Shown: positions 33,949 through 45,200, counted from the stretch's first letter. The stretch: 64,000 bases of DNA from an uncultured Spirochaetota bacterium (GCA_963768055.1 CAVYGN010000001.1:864001-928000); one strand, 5' to 3'. Program-made: numbers and translations. The notes: generated by a model from the sequence alone, not told the origin.

Positions 33949-34089
33949 TACTTCATACAATAAAATAAGTTGAAAGAAAAGAAAAGTCAATAATTTAATT
34001 GTTCACACATCAGTCGGTTTAAATCCTGAACTGAACGAATTTGAAAAATATTTCTTGTTTCAAATACAGTAAAAAACCATGCTATACAT

Positions 34090-34151
34090 AGTCGGCAGCC
34101 TGCAGTCTACAGTAACACTATCTGACGACTGTCGACTACAGACTGTCGACT
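34090..34151. repeat. Inverted heptamer tandem array
   Basis: AGTC-like units at 34090/97/104/111 facing GACT units at 34127/34/41/48; same core as 15636-15730. Confidence 0.75.
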
Positions 34152-34197
34152 TAGTTTGACTATTCTTATTATGCCGATTAAAATAATCGAAAAATCC

Positions 34198-35010
34198 ATG
34201 GATTCTCAGGGGGCCGTTATCTCTACATATTCGAGAAGCGACATTGTAAACATTGAATCGCCGGAGCAGATTCGGATCCCTTACAGGATAGCAAGCCCTT
34301 TTTCAAGACTGCTGGCGCTTATCGCGGATATATCGATTATCTATTTTACACTCTTCCTGATTGTGGTGCTGCTTCTAATTTTTAATCTTATCCATATATC
34401 CGGCGAGTCAAACCCCATTAAAACCCTTTCCGAAGGTTCGTTTTTATCAAGCATGAGCATATTTTTTATAATGATTCTGGATTTTATCCTGCAGTGGTTT
34501 TATTTTATTTTTTTCGAGACTTTTTTAAACGGAAGGACGCCGGGAAAGCTTTTATTCGGGTTAAGAGTCATAAATTATTACGGGAAACCTCTTGACGCAA
34601 CATCTATAATACTAAGAAATTTCATAAGGGTCTTCGACCAGCAGTATTCCCTCTATCTAGGGGCATTTTTCTGCATTATCCTGAACAGGGATTTCAGAAG
34701 AATAGGGGATCTGGCTGCCGAAACAATAGTCATTAATGAAGAAAAGGAAAGTTTTAAATTCCCTGACTTCGCCCTGCTGACCCGGGGGGGGATACATAAT
34801 GAGAAATTCCTTTCTAAAAAACTTGGAGAAGACGATCTTTATGTCATAAGGAATTTTATCAATAGCCTGAACACGATAAGCCTTGAAAAACAGCATGAGC
34901 TTTCAGATAAGCTCGCTAAGAAGATAAAGGAGAAGCTTCAGGATGACGAGGACTACACCGACAGCCTTCTTTACCTTCAGAAAATTTATGACAGTCATAA
35001 GGACTATTGA
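34198..35010 (+). CDS. RDD family membrane protein
   Basis: SRLLALIAD, GRTPGK..GLRV, RRIGDLAAET; start uncertain. Confidence 0.88.
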   Translation: MDSQGAVISTYSRSDIVNIESPEQIRIPYRIASPFSRLLALIADISIIYFTLFLIVVLLLIFNLIHISGESNPIKTLSEGSFLSSMSIFFIMILDFILQWFYFIFFETFLNGRTPGKLLFGLRVINYYGKPLDATSIILRNFIRVFDQQYSLYLGAFFCIILNRDFRRIGDLAAETIVINEEKESFKFPDFALLTRGGIHNEKFLSKKLGEDDLYVIRNFINSLNTISLEKQHELSDKLAKKIKEKLQDDEDYTDSLLYLQKIYDSHKDY

Positions 35011-36038
35011 CAATGGAACATGAAAATAATAATTTTAACAGGATGACTAAATCGGAACGATTTGTAGAAGAGCGCAAAGAGTACTGGATGAGGCTTGAAG
35101 AGATAATCAGGAAAGCGCATAACGGCAGGATATCTTCACTAAAGGAAAATGATATCAGGGATTTTCCCGATCTGTACAGGCATGTCTGTACGGATTCCGA
35201 ACTGGCCAAAACGCTCGAACTTTCCCCGGATACTGTAGATTATATTTCGAGATTAGTCAGATATTCTCATAACATTCTTTACACTCCCCCAAAAAAAAAT
35301 TTCGGCGAGATAATGAGAATTTTCACAAATGAATTTACCGTTTCATTCTTAAAGAATATAAAGCCCATTTTATTTGTTTCAGCCGTATTTTTTTTATTAT
35401 TCCTTTTAACTTTTTTGATAATACTTAAGAACCCTGATTACGCGTCATATGTTCTTCCAGAGGACCTTATCCGCTTGATGAAACAATCTTACAGCGGGGA
35501 CATCTCCGCGAAGAGGGACATGTTCAGCAATATAGTCATGTCGGGATTTTACATCAAGAACAATATATCGATCGGTTTTTTGAGCTTTGTTCTCGGCGTT
35601 ACTTTCGGCGCAGGAACGATCATTATAGTAGCAGATAATGCAATAACCCTGGGAGCTGTGTTTGGAATAGTTGTATCATCGGGATACAGTAAAAACCTCA
35701 TCACTTTCGTAACAGCCCATTCGGCCTTTGAACTGCTGGGACTTTGCCTTACAGCAGGTGCCGGACTTGCAATGGGGCTCTCGTTGTTATACGGGAAAGA
35801 ACAGAGCAGATCTTCCTCCCTGTCGATAAAAGCCAGGGAATTAACCCCGGTTTTATTTACAGGAGCCCTTTCAATACTTATGGCGGCATTTATTGAAGGA
35901 TTTTTATCGCCATCCAGGGTATCTTACTGGATCAAACTTTCCGTAGCCCTCTTAAGCCTGGCGTTGATTTTATTTTTTTCATTCAAATATTTGATTTTCA
36001 AACAGAATGACGGATATAACAACGGGAGTCTGCGATGA
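35007..36038 (+). CDS. Stage II sporulation protein M (DUF95)-like membrane protein
   Basis: LYR....D.ELA, YIKNNI, HSAFEL, AAFIEGFLSP. Confidence 0.85.
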   Translation: MTMEHENNNFNRMTKSERFVEERKEYWMRLEEIIRKAHNGRISSLKENDIRDFPDLYRHVCTDSELAKTLELSPDTVDYISRLVRYSHNILYTPPKKNFGEIMRIFTNEFTVSFLKNIKPILFVSAVFFLLFLLTFLIILKNPDYASYVLPEDLIRLMKQSYSGDISAKRDMFSNIVMSGFYIKNNISIGFLSFVLGVTFGAGTIIIVADNAITLGAVFGIVVSSGYSKNLITFVTAHSAFELLGLCLTAGAGLAMGLSLLYGKEQSRSSSLSIKARELTPVLFTGALSILMAAFIEGFLSPSRVSYWIKLSVALLSLALILFFSFKYLIFKQNDGYNNGSLR

Positions 36039-37018
36039 AGCCAGAGATGAAGTTTATGAAAATAGGATCTATTTTCGATAACGCATTCCGGATGAGTTTT
36101 GGCAAATTCAAGGAAGTGCTCAGGGTAACCCTGTTATTTTTTCTTTTTTTAACAGCGATCGCCGTAATAACTTTATTTGTTTTGTTCATCCTTTTTGGAT
36201 GGGGCATGGGAGGCCTTTCCAGGCTTGCGGCTTTTTCACATTTTTTCTCTCGATTTTCCCAAAGTGTCTTGTATGATCAATTTGAGAATATCATAGAAAA
36301 AATAGGCTGGGGACCCCTGATAATCATATCGCTATCCCTTTTTATTATTCTTCTTCTAGCGGACATTATATATAATGGAATTTTGAACCATCTCTTTCTC
36401 CAGACATTCAGGGGAGATGAATGGAAATTGAGTAAATCTATATCTGTTGTCTGGAAAAGGACGGGGGCGCTTTTATTCAGTATCCTGCCTATCACCGGGA
36501 TATTTATCGCTTTTATATTCGGCGCTGCATTAGTGATAGGAATACTCAGCGTATTGATGAGTATTATAGGAATGTTTGTCAGTATTTCCGGGGTTGTAAT
36601 CTTCGGCTTTTACGGTGCGGTTGTTCTTGAAATGGTGGGGCCGATCATTATCGATGAAAACCTGTCGGGCGGCAAGGCTGTGACCCGGGCTTTTATTCTC
36701 GCTAATTATAATATCATGGGGGTGGCGGGTGCATATATCCTATATGTAATAATGAGCTTTGTGCTCAGCATCATATTCGCTTCGGCATTCGGGTTTTTAA
36801 TAGTTTTTCTCCGCAATTTCGGCGGACTTTCAATCGCGGTAAATATAATTTATGTCATATTTTATGTTCTGCTGACGCTTTTTATCGGGGCGATAGGCAG
36901 GGCGCTTGTCGTTACGATATTTTATAATTTAAAAATAAAAAATGAAGGTTTCGGAGTTGAAAGCCTTGTCCATGATTATGTCGAAGGTCAGGATTTACAA
37001 GATGAAGATAAAAAATAA
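36035..37018 (+). CDS. Multi-TM membrane protein
   Basis: IGSIFDNAF start, FYNLKIKNEG end; typical member of MoxR/DUF58 operons. Confidence 0.7.
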   Translation: MKPEMKFMKIGSIFDNAFRMSFGKFKEVLRVTLLFFLFLTAIAVITLFVLFILFGWGMGGLSRLAAFSHFFSRFSQSVLYDQFENIIEKIGWGPLIIISLSLFIILLLADIIYNGILNHLFLQTFRGDEWKLSKSISVVWKRTGALLFSILPITGIFIAFIFGAALVIGILSVLMSIIGMFVSISGVVIFGFYGAVVLEMVGPIIIDENLSGGKAVTRAFILANYNIMGVAGAYILYVIMSFVLSIIFASAFGFLIVFLRNFGGLSIAVNIIYVIFYVLLTLFIGAIGRALVVTIFYNLKIKNEGFGVESLVHDYVEGQDLQDEDKK

Positions 37019-37646
37019 TAATTTTATCATTTTTTTCGTTTTCGCTCTTTTGATCCAGAGCTGCAATATTTTTCAGAAAACTCCCGGACGGGATGAGGTT
37101 AAAAAATCGGCAGGAGAAATCATTAAAGCGCTTGAAAAGGAAAATAATATTGAAGCGGGCAAATCGATATTTGATTTAAAACTTTTCAAAGGACTTGGGC
37201 CTGCTTTTATGAGAAATATCAGCACAGGAATAATCATACTTATTATATCAATCTTCGTTGTGGCAATAATATATTTGATTTCTGAAAGGGTGTCATTCAG
37301 GGTATATGGAAAAATAGGAAAACGGGAGTTAGAGGAAAAACTGGATGCAGAATTATATGACCCGGATATTCCCGAGAAATTCGCGCTTGAAAAGAATTTT
37401 TCCGATGCGGTTTTATATATTTACAGGGCATCCCTCGCCGATATAGCCGGATTCGGGTTTTCCTATGCAAAAGGCATGACCAACCTTATGATTTATAAAG
37501 GTATTAATAAACCCGAACTGGGGGCCGCTTTTAAAAATATTTTTACCATTGCGGAAAAGGTACTTTTCAATGACTATGAGGCCATCGAGGACGAGTACCT
37601 GTTTTGCAGGAACGAATTCGATCAATTAAGGGGCATGAAATTATGA
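37002..37646 (+). CDS. DUF4129-like membrane/lipoprotein
   Basis: LIQSC lipobox-like segment, TM, AVLYIYRASL..TN..F...E C-terminus; operon position. Confidence 0.55.
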   Translation: MKIKNNNFIIFFVFALLIQSCNIFQKTPGRDEVKKSAGEIIKALEKENNIEAGKSIFDLKLFKGLGPAFMRNISTGIIILIISIFVVAIIYLISERVSFRVYGKIGKRELEEKLDAELYDPDIPEKFALEKNFSDAVLYIYRASLADIAGFGFSYAKGMTNLMIYKGINKPELGAAFKNIFTIAEKVLFNDYEAIEDEYLFCRNEFDQLRGMKL

Positions 37647-38743
37647 GGAAGGCCCTGGCCATTCTTTTTATTTCTTTTTTGATCAGCATACTGATATTCC
37701 TTGCAATTATCCTTGTACCGTCGTTTATGCCGGGAGTTTCAAAGGTCAAAGTCCCTTACGACAAATATCTTGCCTATGACAGCCATAAACTTATGTTCTC
37801 TTTGATGAGGAAAATTGGATACATTATAACAGTCAGGGAGTACGATTACAATAAAGACCTTCATGGGTGCATAGTCTTACTGGATGAATGGAATGAAAAG
37901 AGCTTCAAAAGATTCAGCGGCTGGTTTGGTAAAAACAGAAGGCTCATTATATTTGTCGGAACGGGTGGAATATCCGATCCGCAAGAATTACTCCCGGGTG
38001 AAATTAAGGTTAACGGGAAATCTCCCTTTCTGGAAGGTGTTAACAGCCTTGAAGTTTTTAATGGCAGTGGGCCTTCTTTGGAAGGGATATACGAGCCGCA
38101 GGGAATGTCTAAAATAGAGCCTGTAATAATTAAAGGGAGTTCGGTGATCCTGGCCGATGCCTCGTTCAAAGGCTGCGGGATAGTTTTTATCGGAGACGAC
38201 AGGATATTTTCAGATAAAATCCTGCTTATGAAAGACAATGCGGTCCTGCTTAACAACCTCTTTAAGGATTATTTTCATACGCCCATCGCTTTTGATCAGA
38301 CAAGGGGAACAGCCGGGGTCCCTCAGGTAAAAGAGATTAAGATTGAAAATTTCATTGCAAAAAGCAATTTTCCCTATCTCTTCATCCAGATCTGCCTTTT
38401 AGCATTGATGTTTTTCCTGGTCAATTTCAAACGTTTCGGCAACGTCCTCGACTACAATAAGTATAAAAAAAGATCCATGACAAATCACCTGGAAGCCGTG
38501 GGAAATTTTTTCTCGAACAGCAGGAATATCTCCTCAATAGCGGGGATTTTCGACGATTATTTTTTTGAGAAGCTCTCGAGGTTTTTCCCCGGAAGAAACC
38601 AGGAAGAATTGCTGGATACCCTTGCAAAAAGATACGGCGATGCGGTAGGGTCTGAAATATTCAAAAGGGGTCATGGAAGAAACACTGCAAAAATTGAAGA
38701 AAAACGAAGAATATTTATTAAAATAATAGAAAAAGGTGAATAA
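37643..38743 (+). CDS. DUF4350-like membrane protein
   Basis: Two TMs flanking a soluble domain, DNAVLL, KRFG..HLEAVGNFF; directly before moxR. Confidence 0.6.
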   Translation: MRKALAILFISFLISILIFLAIILVPSFMPGVSKVKVPYDKYLAYDSHKLMFSLMRKIGYIITVREYDYNKDLHGCIVLLDEWNEKSFKRFSGWFGKNRRLIIFVGTGGISDPQELLPGEIKVNGKSPFLEGVNSLEVFNGSGPSLEGIYEPQGMSKIEPVIIKGSSVILADASFKGCGIVFIGDDRIFSDKILLMKDNAVLLNNLFKDYFHTPIAFDQTRGTAGVPQVKEIKIENFIAKSNFPYLFIQICLLALMFFLVNFKRFGNVLDYNKYKKRSMTNHLEAVGNFFSNSRNISSIAGIFDDYFFEKLSRFFPGRNQEELLDTLAKRYGDAVGSEIFKRGHGRNTAKIEEKRRIFIKIIEKGE

Positions 38744-38746
38744 TTT

Positions 38747-39724
38747 ATGGAAAATGATTCAAGGAAAAAGAGTCCCGGTGATTTCAGAGAATGGTATGGA
38801 AAAATTGTTGCCGAGCTTGCAAAAGTGATCAAGGGCCAGGACGAAGCGGTGCAGTTTATAGTCCTCGCCCTTTTGAACGGCGGCCATGTCCTTGTGGAAG
38901 GCTTCCCCGGCCTTGCAAAAACACTTATGGCAAACGCTCTTTCACGTGTCATTGGGGTTAATTTCAAAAGGATACAGTTTACACCGGATCTTATGCCGGC
39001 CGATATTGTCGGTACTACCGTATATGACAATGTCAAGAATGATTTCTATGTCAGAAAAGGACCCGTATTCACGAATTTCCTGCTCACAGACGAGATAAAC
39101 AGGGCGCCCGCCAAGACGCAGTCGGCGCTCCTGGAGGCGATGCAGGAAAAACAGGTAACGATAGAGGGAGTTCTTTACAAGCTGGAAGAGCCGTTCATCG
39201 CTATAGCGACGCAGAATCCGATAGAATACGAGGGTACTTACCCTCTTCCCGAGGCGCAGATAGACCGTTTCATGTTCAAGGTCCTTGTCAAATACCCCTC
39301 CCTGGAGGATGAAAAAAAAATGCTCCGGATGTTTTCAGAGGGCTTTGATTCGGACGACCTTGGAAAATCTGATATAAGAAAAGTTTGCGACAGGGATGAG
39401 TTCATGGCATACAGGGATTCCCTGCTAACGGTAAAGATAGATGATAAAATAATGGATTATATTCTATCGATAGTCGATATGTCGAGGAAAACGCCGGGAA
39501 TAAGCGTCGGAGCTTCGCCCAGGGCATCGATCTCTCTTTTGAAATCCTCAAGGGCATATGCCGTGATTAACGGAAGGGATTTTATCATACCTGACGATGT
39601 GGCAGCCTGTTCGTTTCCTGTTTTAAGACACCGGCTGATACTTGAAACCGAAGCTGAAATAGAGGGGCGCCAGCCCGATGATTTCATCAGATCCATTCTG
39701 GGAAGGGTTTCGGTTCCCAGATGA
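38747..39724 (+). CDS. moxR: MoxR family AAA+ ATPase
   Basis: GFPGLAKT, RIQFTPDLMPAD, DEINRAPAKTQSALLEAMQE, GTYPLPEAQIDRF. Confidence 0.95.
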   Translation: MENDSRKKSPGDFREWYGKIVAELAKVIKGQDEAVQFIVLALLNGGHVLVEGFPGLAKTLMANALSRVIGVNFKRIQFTPDLMPADIVGTTVYDNVKNDFYVRKGPVFTNFLLTDEINRAPAKTQSALLEAMQEKQVTIEGVLYKLEEPFIAIATQNPIEYEGTYPLPEAQIDRFMFKVLVKYPSLEDEKKMLRMFSEGFDSDDLGKSDIRKVCDRDEFMAYRDSLLTVKIDDKIMDYILSIVDMSRKTPGISVGASPRASISLLKSSRAYAVINGRDFIIPDDVAACSFPVLRHRLILETEAEIEGRQPDDFIRSILGRVSVPR

Positions 39725-41040
39725 AGAATATAGCTGTCCCGGGTAAGATTGTCATAGCGCTACTATGTTTTCCATTAGTGCCTATAATAATATCTTTTTT
39801 TTACAAGAATTTTCTGCCCTATGGTTTTATATTTGACGGAATAGTTGCAGTCATTATGCTCATCGACCTCGCCATAAGCCCCGGTTTCCGCAGGGGGATT
39901 TCAATTCATCTCAATATCCCGGACGATTTAAAAATAAACGCTGAAAATCCATGCCTTCTTAAAGTCAGGAACTCACATATGTTTCCACTTAAATTTTATT
40001 TTCTCTTCGATCTTGACGTGTCTTTTCACAGGGATTACGGGAAAATCCCCGTCAGTGTTTATCCGAAAGGCGGGGTAGAGCACAATTTTTCTTTATACCC
40101 TCTCAGGCGGGGAGAATACACGATAAACAAGATTTATTTGAAGGGATCTTCACTATTAAGGTTCTGGACGATCCACGGGACCATTGAACAAAAATGCGCT
40201 TTCCGGGTTGTTCCCTCCGTTACCACCCAAACCTCAAGCTTCAAACTTATCCAGAAAGAGATAAGAAGATCGGAGGGGAACCAAAAGACAATAATTTACG
40301 GCGACGGCACTAATTTTGAAATGTTGAGAGACTATTTAAAGGGTGACGATTTCGGAAAGATAGACTGGAAGGCTTCCGCCAGGTCGGGGCGTCCCGTGAC
40401 CCGCGTTTACCGCCAGGAAAACAATCTTCATCTGGCAATTCTTCTTGACTGCGGAAGGCTCATGGCCGCAGAAAGCGGGGGCATGTCGAGCCTCGACCAT
40501 GCTATCCGCGCGTCTCTTGTCCTTTCATACGCCGCAGCAAAAAACGGGGACCGTGTAAGCCTCACGGCTTTCGGCAAGGATATTATCAGGTATATGTCCC
40601 AGACCAAGGATATAAAGATAGTGAACAGGATGAAAAGCGCGTTAGCCGATATACAGTACGATTTTTCCGAGTCGGATTACAGGACTGCTTTCAGTTTTCT
40701 CCAGTCGAAATTAAAAAAGAGATCGCTTGTTGTGATTTTCAGCGATCTAATTGACGATTCCGGTAGAAAAATTTTTTACAGCCACCTTTCCATGATCAAG
40801 AAAAACCACATGGTATTGCTCATTCTTTTAAGGGATAAAAGTATTTTCGAAACAGCCGACGCCGATATCGAAAGCGAAGGGAGGATTTTTACCATGGCCG
40901 CCGCTGCGGATATGGTTATGAGGAGGAACAGGACCATCGCCGATTTAAGAAAGATCGGGGTAGAGGTCCTGGATATATTCCCGGAAGAGGCTTCAGCCTC
41001 TGTGATAAACAGCTATTTCAGGTTCAAGAGGAAGCTGTAG
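39721..41040 (+). CDS. DUF58 / vWA-like protein
   Basis: FEMLRDYLKGDD..IDWKASAR, LDCGRLM, VVIFSD. Confidence 0.9.
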   Translation: MKNIAVPGKIVIALLCFPLVPIIISFFYKNFLPYGFIFDGIVAVIMLIDLAISPGFRRGISIHLNIPDDLKINAENPCLLKVRNSHMFPLKFYFLFDLDVSFHRDYGKIPVSVYPKGGVEHNFSLYPLRRGEYTINKIYLKGSSLLRFWTIHGTIEQKCAFRVVPSVTTQTSSFKLIQKEIRRSEGNQKTIIYGDGTNFEMLRDYLKGDDFGKIDWKASARSGRPVTRVYRQENNLHLAILLDCGRLMAAESGGMSSLDHAIRASLVLSYAAAKNGDRVSLTAFGKDIIRYMSQTKDIKIVNRMKSALADIQYDFSESDYRTAFSFLQSKLKKRSLVVIFSDLIDDSGRKIFYSHLSMIKKNHMVLLILLRDKSIFETADADIESEGRIFTMAAAADMVMRRNRTIADLRKIGVEVLDIFPEEASASVINSYFRFKRKL

Positions 41041-41149
41041 GCGGGGATCGCCGCAAATGCCAATCGCAATAACCAATCCCCTATGCAACCTCAATTAAAC
41101 CTGACAACCCTGAAACCGGGATCATCAGGAGGATTTGTCAAAATTCAAT

Positions 41150-42505
41150 CTATACGGCAATCAGCTTTTTGACCAGAACCAAATTATCATCCAGCAGGCT
41201 TTCATCGTCCGACTCCCCGATTATGCGGATCACGGGTTCCGTGTTCGAAGGCCTGATATGGAACCAGATTTTACTGCCTTTTTCCTCCCATATAAGTCTC
41301 AGCCCGTCCGTTTCATCGATCCCGGCTTTACTGAATTCCACTTTTATTTTGTCGAAAATGAGCTCTATCGGGAGCTCTGTCTGCAATTTTTCCTTTTTCA
41401 TGAAATATTGCGGTAAATCCCCTGCGATCTCCGATATTTTTTTATTCCTTTTTGCCATCATTTCAAGTATCAGCGCCATTCCTACAAGACTGTCCCTCGC
41501 CAGGTTTATCCTCGGATACATAACGCCTCCGTTTCCTTCGCCTCCTATAAGGGCTTTGTGCCTGACAATACCGGAAGCTACGTTAGCTTCCCCGACTTTT
41601 GTCCTGTAGCAATCGACCCCGTATTTACGGGCTATCCACTCGTTCACCATCGAAGTGGAGTAATTTATCACAATATCGCCCTTTTCCCCTGAAAGGACAT
41701 GCTCTGCGCAAAGGGCCAGGGTAAATTCCTCGCTGAGGACTCTGCCGTTCTCATCTATCACTACAAGCCTGTCCGCGTCCGGGTCCTGCGCGAATCCCGC
41801 ATCGGCCCTGAAATCCTTTACAATAGAAGTAAGGTGAGAAAGGTTTGAAGGAACGGGTTCGGCCCCCCTTCCGAAGGTCCCGTTTATTTCGCCGTTTACT
41901 ATTCTGACATCGCAGCCAAGCCTTTTCAACAATCCGGCCCCTATCCTGCCGCCGGCGCTGTTTACGGGATCCAGGACTACCCTGAAATTACCGCCCATGA
42001 TGATATTCGCCGAAACATTTTTCAGGATCTCGTTTATATGCATATCCTCGACAGCCGAGGTTTCTTCATATTTGCCTATGCTGTTATACGGATTTTCTTT
42101 TATATCATTTTCTATATAGGAGTTTATTTCTTTTACGTCGTCTTCGTCAAGGAAAAGCCCGTCCCCGCCTACCAATTTAAGCGCGTTCCATTCGATCGGA
42201 TTGTGAGAAGCGCTTATTATAATACCTCCGCCCAGGGAAAGTTTCCTGACGCCGAGAAGTATTGTCGGAGTAGGGACGATGCCGCAGTCAATAACATCTA
42301 TGCCGTATGTGTTCATAATTCCAGTCGCGAGGAAACTTATCAGCTTTCCGGTAGGCCTTGCATCCCTGCCGATAAGGATCTTTCTGCAGTCCCTTTTTTT
42401 TAAATAGATAACGAAAGCCTTAATAAATCCGGAAAGGGTTTCAAGGTTAAGGCCATCGCCCCAAACGCCCCGGATGCCAGACACGCTTATTTTTAAACCG
42501 GCCAT
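41150..42505 (-). CDS. Phosphohexomutase (phosphoglucosamine mutase/phosphomannomutase)
   Basis: SGIRG, SASHNP, DPDADR, GEGNGG, RPSNTEP. Confidence 0.93.
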   Translation of the reverse strand: MAGLKISVSGIRGVWGDGLNLETLSGFIKAFVIYLKKRDCRKILIGRDARPTGKLISFLATGIMNTYGIDVIDCGIVPTPTILLGVRKLSLGGGIIISASHNPIEWNALKLVGGDGLFLDEDDVKEINSYIENDIKENPYNSIGKYEETSAVEDMHINEILKNVSANIIMGGNFRVVLDPVNSAGGRIGAGLLKRLGCDVRIVNGEINGTFGRGAEPVPSNLSHLTSIVKDFRADAGFAQDPDADRLVVIDENGRVLSEEFTLALCAEHVLSGEKGDIVINYSTSMVNEWIARKYGVDCYRTKVGEANVASGIVRHKALIGGEGNGGVMYPRINLARDSLVGMALILEMMAKRNKKISEIAGDLPQYFMKKEKLQTELPIELIFDKIKVEFSKAGIDETDGLRLIWEEKGSKIWFHIRPSNTEPVIRIIGESDDESLLDDNLVLVKKLIAV

Positions 42506-42600
42506 TAACTTACTCCTTCATAAAATGTGAAACAAGTCTGTTTTTCGGTTTTATTTTAAGGGAGATACCGTATATTTTCAATTAACTATAGTTGAAATAA

Positions 42601-42629
42601 TTGATATTATCGCACCGGTTTTTTATAAT
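42601..42629 (+). promoter_or_regulatory. Candidate sigma-70 promoter for metK
   Basis: TTGATA-N17-TATAAT, 27 bp before the ATG. Confidence 0.65.
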
Positions 42630-42656
42630 AGTATTCATTTTTAAAGGAGCGATAAC

Positions 42657-43823
42657 ATGGTGAAAAGGTATCTCTTTACATCCGAATCCGTTAGCGAGGG
42701 GCATCCTGATAAACTGGCCGACCAGGTATCGGATGGAGTTCTCGATGCCTGCCTTGCGCAGGATCCGTATTCAAGGGTTGCATGCGAAACTTTTACGACT
42801 ACCGGGATGGTCCTGGTAGGGGGGGAGATTACCACCAAGGCCCAGCTTGATTTTCAGCAGATAGCCAGGGATACCGCTAAGAAAATCGGTTATGATAATC
42901 CCGAATACGGGCTCGACTGTCATTCAATGGCGGTACTGAGCACTGTACATTCACAATCCCCTGACATATCGCAGGGGGTTTCGGGTTCGGGGCTTGATGA
43001 ATTCAAAGGGCAGCAGGGGGCCGGGGACCAGGGGATGATGTTCGGCTTCGCTTGCAAAGAAACTCCGGAGCTGATGCCCGCTCCGATCATGTACGCTCAC
43101 AAGATCCTGAAATATGCGTCGGAGCTTCGCAAAAGCGGCAAAATCAAATGGCTGAGACCCGATTCGAAAAGCCAGGTAACAATTGAATACGAGGGTAACA
43201 CCCCGGTAAGAATAGATACCGTCGTCGTCAGCCATCAGCATGACGATTCTATTGCCTATGAAGATTTGAAAAGCGAGATAATCGCTCAGATTATAAAGCC
43301 TATGCTTGAATCTACCGGCTTATTGGACTCGAAGACGAAATATTATGTCAATCCCACCGGCCGTTTCGTTATCGGGGGGCCTCATGGGGATTCAGGGCTT
43401 ACAGGCAGAAAGATCATTGTCGATACTTACGGGGGAATGGGCGGGCATGGCGGCGGGGCGTTCAGCGGTAAAGACCCGTCCAAGGTCGACCGAAGCGCCG
43501 CTTACATGGCGCGATATGTCGCGAAGAACATAGTCGCTGCAGGCCTCTGCGAGAGGTGCGAACTTCAGGTTGCATATGCCATCGGGGTTCCTTACCCGGT
43601 TTCAGTCATGGTCCAGACCTTCGGCTCCTCGAAAGTTGAAGAAAGCGTTATTGAAAAAGCAGTGCAGAAAGTCTTTGACCTTTCGCCATCAGGTATAATA
43701 AAAACCCTTGATCTTAGAAAACCGATTTACCAGGAGACTGCGTCATACGGACATTTCGGGCGAGACGGTTTTTCATGGGAAAAGACAGATAAAGTAAAAG
43801 ACTTGCTTAAAGAAATTAGTTAA
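42657..43823 (+). CDS. metK: S-adenosylmethionine synthetase
   Basis: [28 protein letters not shown]. Confidence 0.99.
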   Translation: MVKRYLFTSESVSEGHPDKLADQVSDGVLDACLAQDPYSRVACETFTTTGMVLVGGEITTKAQLDFQQIARDTAKKIGYDNPEYGLDCHSMAVLSTVHSQSPDISQGVSGSGLDEFKGQQGAGDQGMMFGFACKETPELMPAPIMYAHKILKYASELRKSGKIKWLRPDSKSQVTIEYEGNTPVRIDTVVVSHQHDDSIAYEDLKSEIIAQIIKPMLESTGLLDSKTKYYVNPTGRFVIGGPHGDSGLTGRKIIVDTYGGMGGHGGGAFSGKDPSKVDRSAAYMARYVAKNIVAAGLCERCELQVAYAIGVPYPVSVMVQTFGSSKVEESVIEKAVQKVFDLSPSGIIKTLDLRKPIYQETASYGHFGRDGFSWEKTDKVKDLLKEIS

Positions 43824-43837
43824 GCAAGGGCATTGAT

Positions 43838-45175
43838 ATGAATATCGGCATTGTAGGGACCGGTTACGTAGGCATAGTCAGCGGCTGTTGTTTTGCGGAT
43901 GAAGGCAACACAGTGACCTGCTACGATGTCGATATAGAAAAGATCAATTCATATTCCTTGGGAAAATCTTCCATTTTTGAACCGGGTCTGGAAGAGCTCC
44001 TTAAAAAAAACATCGATGAAAAAAGATTGTCTTTCACTAACGATATCAAACAGCTTGTCAATTCTTCGGAAATTATTTTTATATGCGTCGGCACGCCTCC
44101 GATGGACGACGGATCAGCCGACCTTTCACAGGTCGAATCCGCTGTAAGGACCATTGCTGAAAATACGCCGCCAAATTCTTACAAGATCATAGTTGAAAAA
44201 AGCACAGTGCCGGTCGGTACTCACAGACAACTTAAGACTATTACAAAGCTCTACAGCAAGGGGAAATCCAGTTTTGATTTTGTCGTCAATTCGGAGTTTT
44301 TGAGAGAAGGAAACGCTATTTCGGATTTTATGAATCCCGACAGGATCGTCATCGGTGTTGAAACCGATCGCGCCAGGGATACAATGCTCAAACTTTACGA
44401 CTGCTTCAAAACCAAGAAGCTTGTCGTAGACCCGGCAAGTGCCGAGATAATTAAATACGCTTCGAATTCTTTTCTGGCGATGAAAATATCTTATATTAAC
44501 ATGGTGGCCGATCTCTGTGAAAAAACCGGCGGGGATGTCGAAAAGATCGCGGAAGGCCTTGGTTTTGACGGAAGGATAGGCAGGCCTTTCCTTGACGCCG
44601 GGATAGGTTACGGCGGAAGTTGTTTTCCAAAGGATGTAAAAGCCTTCAGCAGGGTAATGGAAGAAAACCTTGTCGACAATTCACTGATTAAGTCCATCGA
44701 TAAATTCAATTCTTTAAGATATAAAAAGATCATATCGATACTCCAGGACGAGTTATGGATCCTGAAGAATAAAGGCATAGCCGTATGGGGCCTTGCTTTC
44801 AAGCCCGAGACCGACGATATCAGGGAAGCTCCTTCAATTAATATTATGAGGGAACTTCTGAGCATGCAGGTTAAAGTTTCTCTATACGATCCCAAAGCCG
44901 TTGAAAATTTCAAGAAGATTTTTCCGGAGTCTCAGAACGTAAGGTATGCGGAAACTCCGTTAAAAGCGCTTGAGAATTGCGAAGCACTTGTCATTTTGAC
45001 CGAATGGGACGAATTTAAAAAAATTGAGCCATGCGATATATATTCGTCATTAAAACTGCCGATCGTCGTGGACGGCAGGAACATTTTCAAGCCTGAAAAG
45101 ATGAAAGAGCTTGAATTCAGATATTTTCCGATCGGCAAGGGCTGGATTTTGAGGGAGATGAGGAATTCAAAATAG
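43838..45175 (+). CDS. ugd: UDP-glucose/GDP-mannose 6-dehydrogenase
   Basis: GTGYVG, KSTVPVGT, EFLREG, GGSCFPKD, FKPETDDIREAP. Confidence 0.93.
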   Translation: MNIGIVGTGYVGIVSGCCFADEGNTVTCYDVDIEKINSYSLGKSSIFEPGLEELLKKNIDEKRLSFTNDIKQLVNSSEIIFICVGTPPMDDGSADLSQVESAVRTIAENTPPNSYKIIVEKSTVPVGTHRQLKTITKLYSKGKSSFDFVVNSEFLREGNAISDFMNPDRIVIGVETDRARDTMLKLYDCFKTKKLVVDPASAEIIKYASNSFLAMKISYINMVADLCEKTGGDVEKIAEGLGFDGRIGRPFLDAGIGYGGSCFPKDVKAFSRVMEENLVDNSLIKSIDKFNSLRYKKIISILQDELWILKNKGIAVWGLAFKPETDDIREAPSINIMRELLSMQVKVSLYDPKAVENFKKIFPESQNVRYAETPLKALENCEALVILTEWDEFKKIEPCDIYSSLKLPIVVDGRNIFKPEKMKELEFRYFPIGKGWILREMRNSK

Positions 45176-45200
45176 AAGTGGAACACTAACCATTTAATAC

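Noticed and set aside
41054..41082. CAAT-cored short repeats after the DUF58 gene
   Set aside because: Only three irregular units with no inverted partner; could be chance.
42506..42656. SAM riboswitch upstream of metK
   Set aside because: AT-rich, no recognisable aptamer motifs, and the promoter lies only 27 bp from the ATG.
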